A stretch of DNA of 64,000 nt from a virus (lineage: Duplodnaviria > Caudoviricetes), in IMG/VR virus record IMGVR_UViG_3300028805_000081, positions 32,001 through 96,000 of that record; one strand, given 5' to 3'. The notes under the pieces were generated by a model. That model worked only from the letters and a program-made list of their open reading frames with translations. It was not told where the DNA came from and did not search any database. The position numbers and the translations under genes were made by a program. Numbering within the stretch: position 1 is the stretch's first letter; the number at the start of each line of letters is the position of its first letter. Below are positions 58,375 to 64,000 of this stretch, piece after piece.

Positions 58375-59551
58375 ATTATTTGGTGGGATCGGGGCGTTTA
58401 CTCATGCATTAAAACGCCTTAATATCCCGGTAGAAGTAGTAGATTATGTGGAGATAGATAAGTATGCAAATACTTCATATAATGCTATGAACGGAACAAG
58501 CTTTCCGTGTAAAGATATAAGACATTATAGCGGGGGGGGTACGCATGATGTTGACATAATCATGCACGGCTCGCCTTGTACTTCGGTGTCACTGGCTGGT
58601 AAACAATTAGGAGCAAATGAAAACAGTGGAACACCATCAAGCCTTATGTATGAATCAATCCGCATTATAGGTGAAGTTATGCCAAAGGTTGTTATTTGGG
58701 AGAATGTAAAGAATCTTCTCTCTCCAAAGCACAGACATAACTATGACGAATACCTTAAAAGACTTGAAAAGCTTGGTTATAAAAATTATTATAAAGTGCT
58801 AAATGCTAAGAATTATGGCATACCACAGAACAGAGAACGTATATTTACCATTAGTATACTCGGAGAACACAAACCGTTTGAGTTCCCGGCAGAAATAGAA
58901 CTTACAACGAAACTTGTTGATTTACTTAAACCCGATGTTCCTGAAGATTTCTATATCTCACAGGAGAAGATAGATAAGTTGCTCTCGAAAGAGATATATC
59001 AGAAGCATCCGGCAGTTTTGAAAGATGGCACTGTCAGTGCCATCTGCTCACGGGACTACAAAGATCCTAAATGCATTGTAGTAGGTGCTGATACTCTTGC
59101 TATTAAAGAAGCTACCAAAAAGGGATATGCATTAGCGGGGGGGTATGACTCAGTGAATCTTGAACAGCCTAATAGTGAAACAAGACGTGGCAGAGTTGGT
59201 CACGGTGTCGCTCAGACATTAACTACATCATGCAATCAGGCAGTAGTCGAACCTGTAAATGTTTATCCGGACGGAACATCAAGAACAATTAAGGCTCAGT
59301 ATGCGAAAACAAGTGCTGCAAACTTTGTAAGAGAAGGCACATTTGGTGCTACTGGTGTAAAGCAAGGTCTGCGAGTTAGAAAGCTTACTCCAAAAGAGTG
59401 TTGGCGTTTAATGGGATTTACCGATGAAGTCTACGAAAAAGCTGAGAAAGTAAATTCTAAAACGCAGCTCTACAAACAGGCGGGCAACTCAATTGTAGTA
59501 AATGTACTGATGGAAATTATAAAGCAACTTATGAAATCAGTTGAATTTTAA
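58361..59551 (+). CDS. DNA cytosine-C5 methyltransferase
   Basis: LFGGIG, GSPC, ENV, QNRER, RKLTPKECWRLMGF, QAGNS. Confidence 0.92.
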   Translation: MRILELFGGIGAFTHALKRLNIPVEVVDYVEIDKYANTSYNAMNGTSFPCKDIRHYSGGGTHDVDIIMHGSPCTSVSLAGKQLGANENSGTPSSLMYESIRIIGEVMPKVVIWENVKNLLSPKHRHNYDEYLKRLEKLGYKNYYKVLNAKNYGIPQNRERIFTISILGEHKPFEFPAEIELTTKLVDLLKPDVPEDFYISQEKIDKLLSKEIYQKHPAVLKDGTVSAICSRDYKDPKCIVVGADTLAIKEATKKGYALAGGYDSVNLEQPNSETRRGRVGHGVAQTLTTSCNQAVVEPVNVYPDGTSRTIKAQYAKTSAANFVREGTFGATGVKQGLRVRKLTPKECWRLMGFTDEVYEKAEKVNSKTQLYKQAGNSIVVNVLMEIIKQLMKSVEF

Positions 59552-59571
59552 CGTTCTCTTTTAAGGAGAAA

Positions 59572-59910
59572 ATGAGAATGACAATTGCAGAAGCAGAAGA
59601 ATATATATCAGAAAACCTTGAGGACATAACTGAATTTATCCTTGAAGATGAAGATGATCACGCAATCATATTGTATAGTCCCGGATATGAAATCCCGGAT
59701 TACAATATAGTCTGTTACGAAGGCTATTGGTATGATAAAGCTGAAGATCAGGCAGACTTCTCTTTGACAGCTATATTTAAAGATGGTGAGTTTGATTATT
59801 GGGAACAGGATTGTATAGCGGTCACACTTCATAATTACTTTACAGAACAGGGTATAGATATAGATGTTTATTCACTTCAATGTGAGATAAAGGAAGGATT
59901 TATAGAATGA
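59572..59910 (+). CDS. Highly acidic hypothetical protein
   Basis: AAGGAG RBS; rich in Asp/Glu. Confidence 0.6.
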   Translation: MRMTIAEAEEYISENLEDITEFILEDEDDHAIILYSPGYEIPDYNIVCYEGYWYDKAEDQADFSLTAIFKDGEFDYWEQDCIAVTLHNYFTEQGIDIDVYSLQCEIKEGFIE

Positions 59911-60866
59911 AAAACTCTAGCCTACATAAAGCTAAGATGCTAAAAAATGACGAATATTATACTTTATATCAAGATATAGAAAAAGAACTTAACGATTATA
60001 AAGAGAATTTTGAAAACAAAATAATTTATTGTAATACCGACAACCCCGACACATCAATGTTTTGGAAGTATTTGCATTTTAACTTTGCAGAATTTAAACT
60101 CAAAAAAATAATATGCACATTTTATAAGCAAGGAGAATTAAGCTATAAAACCGAATACACAGGCGGCGATGATAGCAATCTTTCTGCCGGGATAAAAACA
60201 CAATTAACCTCTGATGGAAATTTCTCAAACGAAGAATGCATTGGAATCCTTAAAGATTGTGATTTAGTAATAACTAATCCGCCATTTTCTTTATGGAAAC
60301 CTTATATAGATATGCTTATTGAAAATAAAAAGAAATTTCTTATAGTAGGGGATTTGAATTGGATTGCCTATGAACATATATTCCCTCTAATCAAAAATAA
60401 TTTAATGTGGACTGGAAACAATTATATTAAAGCATTTCTTCAACCTGATGGAAATCTCGCAAAGTTTGGAAATAAATTATGGTTTACCAACATTCAAAGT
60501 TGTAAAAAACGTGATTATATTCCTTTAAAACAGAAATATCTGCCTGATTTATATCCAAAATATTTGAATTACGATGCCATTAATGTAGACAAAGTATCTA
60601 ATATCCCTTGTGATTATGATGGAGTTATGGGCGTTCCAATTACTTTTATAAATAAATTTAATCCTGATCAGTTTGAGATAATTGGTGCTAATTGCGCTTG
60701 TCTTATTGAAGAATTAGGCATAAAAGAAATGAGTCAAGAGTGGATTGATTTATATTTTTTACAAGGTTCTAAGGGACATTATACGGCTAATATGCATTGT
60801 TTTTGTTATATAAAAGATGGTAAGGCTTATGCTCCGTTTAGGCGTATCTTAATAAAAAGGAAGTAG
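59907..60866 (+). CDS. Adenine-specific DNA methyltransferase, EcoRI family
   Basis: KNDEYYT, IYCNTD, ITNPPFS, NYDAINV, GVMGVPITF. Confidence 0.85.
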   Translation: MKNSSLHKAKMLKNDEYYTLYQDIEKELNDYKENFENKIIYCNTDNPDTSMFWKYLHFNFAEFKLKKIICTFYKQGELSYKTEYTGGDDSNLSAGIKTQLTSDGNFSNEECIGILKDCDLVITNPPFSLWKPYIDMLIENKKKFLIVGDLNWIAYEHIFPLIKNNLMWTGNNYIKAFLQPDGNLAKFGNKLWFTNIQSCKKRDYIPLKQKYLPDLYPKYLNYDAINVDKVSNIPCDYDGVMGVPITFINKFNPDQFEIIGANCACLIEELGIKEMSQEWIDLYFLQGSKGHYTANMHCFCYIKDGKAYAPFRRILIKRK

Positions 60867-60880
60867 AAAGGACAATATTT

Positions 60881-61144
60881 ATGTGGTTAAATTTTGGCGA
60901 ACATTATGCTGGCAATAAAGATAAGCATTATTTTGTTAGATCAGAATTAATTAATACAAATTCAATTTCACAAATCATTTTAAAGGAAGTAGAAGGCAAA
61001 TGGTGTATTGAATTTTTAAGGATTGATGGAAGTTATATAACATCATTTGATTATTATGATGAAGAAAAGGCTAAAAAGGCATATGAGGAAATAATGGAGA
61101 AGGTTCTTGACGGAGATACGGTGAACGTTTGGATGTTAAGTTAA
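60881..61144 (+). CDS. Hypothetical protein
   Basis: ORF with RBS. Confidence 0.55.
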   Translation: MWLNFGEHYAGNKDKHYFVRSELINTNSISQIILKEVEGKWCIEFLRIDGSYITSFDYYDEEKAKKAYEEIMEKVLDGDTVNVWMLS

Positions 61145-61386
61145 ATAATAATCAAAAAAAGTAGTGATTAAAATGTCAGAATTATACGTATCTTTAGATG
61201 AGGTTTTAGACCTGATAAATGCAACAAATGAAACAAATGGTTTTTCAAACTATAACGCTTATTCAGAATTATTTGATGCGGTTGATAGTTTAAACGTTAT
61301 CGTGAAAGGTGGTGATTAATATGCTTGTAGGTTGCTGCGTAATCGCAATTAGTACAGCTTTAATGATATGACGAAAGGACGATGAA

Positions 61387-62247
61387 ATGAAGAATAAAGA
61401 AAGAATAATATCGGCTGCATTTATTACACTTGTCATAGTAGGACTGTGTAAATGGTGCTATGATGATGTAAATAAGGTTGAAGCTCCGGATGTAGCAGTA
61501 ACTGAAGTGACAATCACAAACGTAACTACTGAAACAACTACTGGTGTAACAACTTCTTGTACAACATCTTGTGCAACTACATTAAATACTACGATAGAAA
61601 CTACAGAAATATCTACCGAACCAACAACAGAATTAGTTACTGAAGTTCCGGTTACTGAGATCCCAACTGCTGAAGTAATAATTGAAGAACCTAAGAATGA
61701 ACCTGTAATTGAAGCTCCGGTTGCAGAAGAACCAGCTCCTGTAGAAGAATATCTTGTGTATAAGCCGAGTAGCTATTACATTCACAAGAATACATGCCGA
61801 TGGAACAAGGATGATGCATACAGAGTTGATGATGTAACAGGTCTTGAGGCAAGGTTATGTACTGAATGTAACCCGATATGTGAAGGCTATACAGAGTATA
61901 TACCGCCTGAACCAAAAGTACCGACTATTTCGGATTACGATTATACGCTTCTTTGTAAGATAGTTGCTTGTGAATATGGTGGTATGCCTGATGTTTATGA
62001 GAGAGCCAAGATTGTAGCATCTGTGATAAACCAATCAAAATATACCGGTGACTCAATAGAAACTTGCTTGTATCGTTCGTGTGTTCCGTGGGGATTTTGC
62101 CCTTGGAATGATTACTTTTGTGGTGTTTACTATGGAAATATGAGTGACGCTGTAGATTATTATTTCAATAATTTGGCTGAATTTCAATATTGGGATTGTG
62201 ATTCATGGTATGGCGATGGTGTATATAACCATTTTTATAAAGCATAA
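61387..62247 (+). CDS. Membrane-anchored protein with Thr-rich stalk and SleB-like cell-wall hydrolase domain
   Basis: N-terminal TM segment; T/E/P linker; LLCKIVACEYGG...VASVIN resembles SleB LAR.I.AEA.GE...VA.V..N. Confidence 0.6.
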   Translation: MKNKERIISAAFITLVIVGLCKWCYDDVNKVEAPDVAVTEVTITNVTTETTTGVTTSCTTSCATTLNTTIETTEISTEPTTELVTEVPVTEIPTAEVIIEEPKNEPVIEAPVAEEPAPVEEYLVYKPSSYYIHKNTCRWNKDDAYRVDDVTGLEARLCTECNPICEGYTEYIPPEPKVPTISDYDYTLLCKIVACEYGGMPDVYERAKIVASVINQSKYTGDSIETCLYRSCVPWGFCPWNDYFCGVYYGNMSDAVDYYFNNLAEFQYWDCDSWYGDGVYNHFYKA

Positions 62248-62266
62248 ATTTAAAATGAGAAAATAA

Positions 62267-62761
62267 ATGGGACACAAAAAAAAATATAGTGATAAGGAAC
62301 TGAGAAATATGAGTAAAAAATACTTTAGAAACTTCACGGTTATCAACCCTGAGATAAAAGACTATGAAATCATTGATTATGAAACCAAAGGCAATGTGAT
62401 CAGATTCTATCTCGGCAAGAATGGTGGACAATGGGGCGATGACTGGGACGATCCATTAGATAATGCCGGCAAGGTGTATAATGAACATATCGGTTCAACT
62501 CTTGACATGTTCATTCCTTACGATGACTATGTTCTCACTCCGACAGACTGTTTATCAAGTTATTACAACAGTCATCTTTGGCAAAATAAAGCTATGATGA
62601 TTGAACGCAAGCTGCCATGTGTATTAATCGTTCCTGAAAAACTTGCTGAAGATCGCTGGGATATTACTTTTGAGTCGTTTGTCGGAGATGATAATATTCA
62701 GAAATTTTACTTTGGCGATGATCTTAAAGAACAGGTTGAAGCTGGCGAGGGATGGTTTTAA
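62267..62761 (+). CDS. Hypothetical phage protein
   Basis: RFYLG..WGDDWDD.P..NAG motif. Confidence 0.65.
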   Translation: MGHKKKYSDKELRNMSKKYFRNFTVINPEIKDYEIIDYETKGNVIRFYLGKNGGQWGDDWDDPLDNAGKVYNEHIGSTLDMFIPYDDYVLTPTDCLSSYYNSHLWQNKAMMIERKLPCVLIVPEKLAEDRWDITFESFVGDDNIQKFYFGDDLKEQVEAGEGWF

Positions 62762-63231
62762 TTATGAGTGTAATTGATAATCAGATCCTTTCATTACAGG
62801 GCAGACTTCACGATGCTGAAAGAGAGATGCATTTAAAGAGAGAACAGTATCTGAATATTGGCGAAGAAATCATTAAACTCAAACAGAAAAAACTATCCTG
62901 TCTTGTCGGAAAGGCGTTTAGGAATAAGCGATATGATGAGTATTTTATCGTGTCTGAAGTCCCGCAGTATGGCAGAATTAAGACCGGTGATTTTGTTTGC
63001 AATCTATACCAAATCCCGATTTTATTTGCCGGGCAGTCAGCTACAAATAAAGGCGAGATCTATATAGGAAAAGATACAGTGTTCTCTAATGCTGTAGATG
63101 CTGATGATGTACTTAAAGCCTTTCTTTCTGATAAGTATGAAGAAATTTCTGTTGATGAGTTCTATGATGCAACCTGTGAGTTAATAAAGAACAGGATAGA
63201 TAATATCAAAGGAGATAATGATGGAACATAA
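62752..63231 (+). CDS. Hypothetical protein
   Basis: ORF in operon. Confidence 0.6.
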   Translation: MVLIMSVIDNQILSLQGRLHDAEREMHLKREQYLNIGEEIIKLKQKKLSCLVGKAFRNKRYDEYFIVSEVPQYGRIKTGDFVCNLYQIPILFAGQSATNKGEIYIGKDTVFSNAVDADDVLKAFLSDKYEEISVDEFYDATCELIKNRIDNIKGDNDGT

Positions 63232-64000
63232 GAAGTACAGAGATATTGAACGTTTAAAGGAAAATAACAGTGACACTTTTAAACCCGGTGATCACATTAT
63301 AATCACAGAAAAGATTGATGGTACTAATGCTACAATCGGCTACGATAACGGCATTGTGGCAATGAGCCGAAACAGAATCCTTACTTTTGATAATACAAAC
63401 AGAGGATTTTATGAATTTGCTAACCGTCTTGATGCTGAAAAGGTAAATAAACTGCTTGGTAGTAGGTATTTATTATCAGGCGAATGGGCAGTCCCACATA
63501 CAGTTGTTTATCCGAAAGAATCACAAGATAACATGTATGTGTTTGATCTGTACGACACAGAAACAAAAACTTATCTTGATATGCATCAGGCGTTCTTGGT
63601 AGCAGACACACTTGGTTTACCAAAGGTTGCTGTGTTCTATGAAGGTGAGTTTATATCTTGGGAACATTGTATGTCATTTGTAGGTAAGACAGCTTTAGGT
63701 GGAGAATATGGCGAGGGCATTGTTATTCATGGTGATGACGGTAAGATTATCAAGATTGTATCTGACAGATTCGCAGAAACAAAGAAGGTAAAGAAAACTC
63801 CGACTCCTGAAGAACTGGCTGCACAGAGTCAGGCGTATGAACTTGCTAAGACTATTGTTACAGAAGCAAGAGTGCGCAAGATTTTAAATAAGCTCGTTGA
63901 TGAAAATATTCTCCCGGAGAAGTGGGACGAACATGATCTTAAAACTGTGTCACAGCACTTACCTAAGAGAGTGTATGAGGACTGCATGAAGGAAGAACCG
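63221..64000 (+). CDS. RNA ligase (Rnl2-like nucleotidyltransferase), truncated by window end
   Basis: Hand translation MEHKKYRDIERL...ITEKIDGTNA...SGEW...YVFDL...GEGIV. Confidence 0.8.
   Translation, partial: MEHKKYRDIERLKENNSDTFKPGDHIIITEKIDGTNATIGYDNGIVAMSRNRILTFDNTNRGFYEFANRLDAEKVNKLLGSRYLLSGEWAVPHTVVYPKESQDNMYVFDLYDTETKTYLDMHQAFLVADTLGLPKVAVFYEGEFISWEHCMSFVGKTALGGEYGEGIVIHGDDGKIIKIVSDRFAETKKVKKTPTPEELAAQSQAYELAKTIVTEARVRKILNKLVDENILPEKWDEHDLKTVSQHLPKRVYEDCMKEEP

Noticed and set aside
1-64000. Reverse transcriptase/DGR/retron, IS elements, genome-wide stop-codon recoding
   Set aside because: No RT or transposase motifs recognised; long genes are intact under the standard code and end in TAA, TAG and TGA

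Overview
This window is a 64 kb slice of a large SPbeta-like, probably temperate, Firmicutes phage; no virion structural genes are present. The left arm (1-14 kb, mostly minus strand) has a beta-CASP-like nuclease, ClpP, tRNA-Met, a YonO-like single-subunit RNA polymerase split by a group I intron inside its catalytic motif, a ThyX-like gene, an SF2 helicase and a GIY-YIG/KilAC gene. A compositionally distinct block (~14.1-23.8 kb) of small minus-strand genes is bounded by strand-skewed non-coding tracts. From 24 kb the genes run on the plus strand: a Rep-like initiator with iteron-like repeats, a tyrosine recombinase, an MrpR/YopR-like repressor, a ~1.2 kb tRNA/structured-RNA operon and an SPbeta yorF-yorL-like replication module. 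These are followed by nucleotide-metabolism genes, a truncated LigA, a radical SAM enzyme, three DNA methyltransferases, a SleB-like protein and an Rnl2-like ligase. The most notable observations are: (i) candidate sRNAs whose unpaired segments are antisense to Shine-Dalgarno + AUG regions, one with an exact 14-nt match to a phage gene; (ii) poly-G tracts suggesting phase-variable C5 methyltransferases; (iii) a 15-bp promoter-associated motif in about ten copies; (iv) the intron in the RNAP active site. All family calls come from motif recognition by eye; no searches were run.
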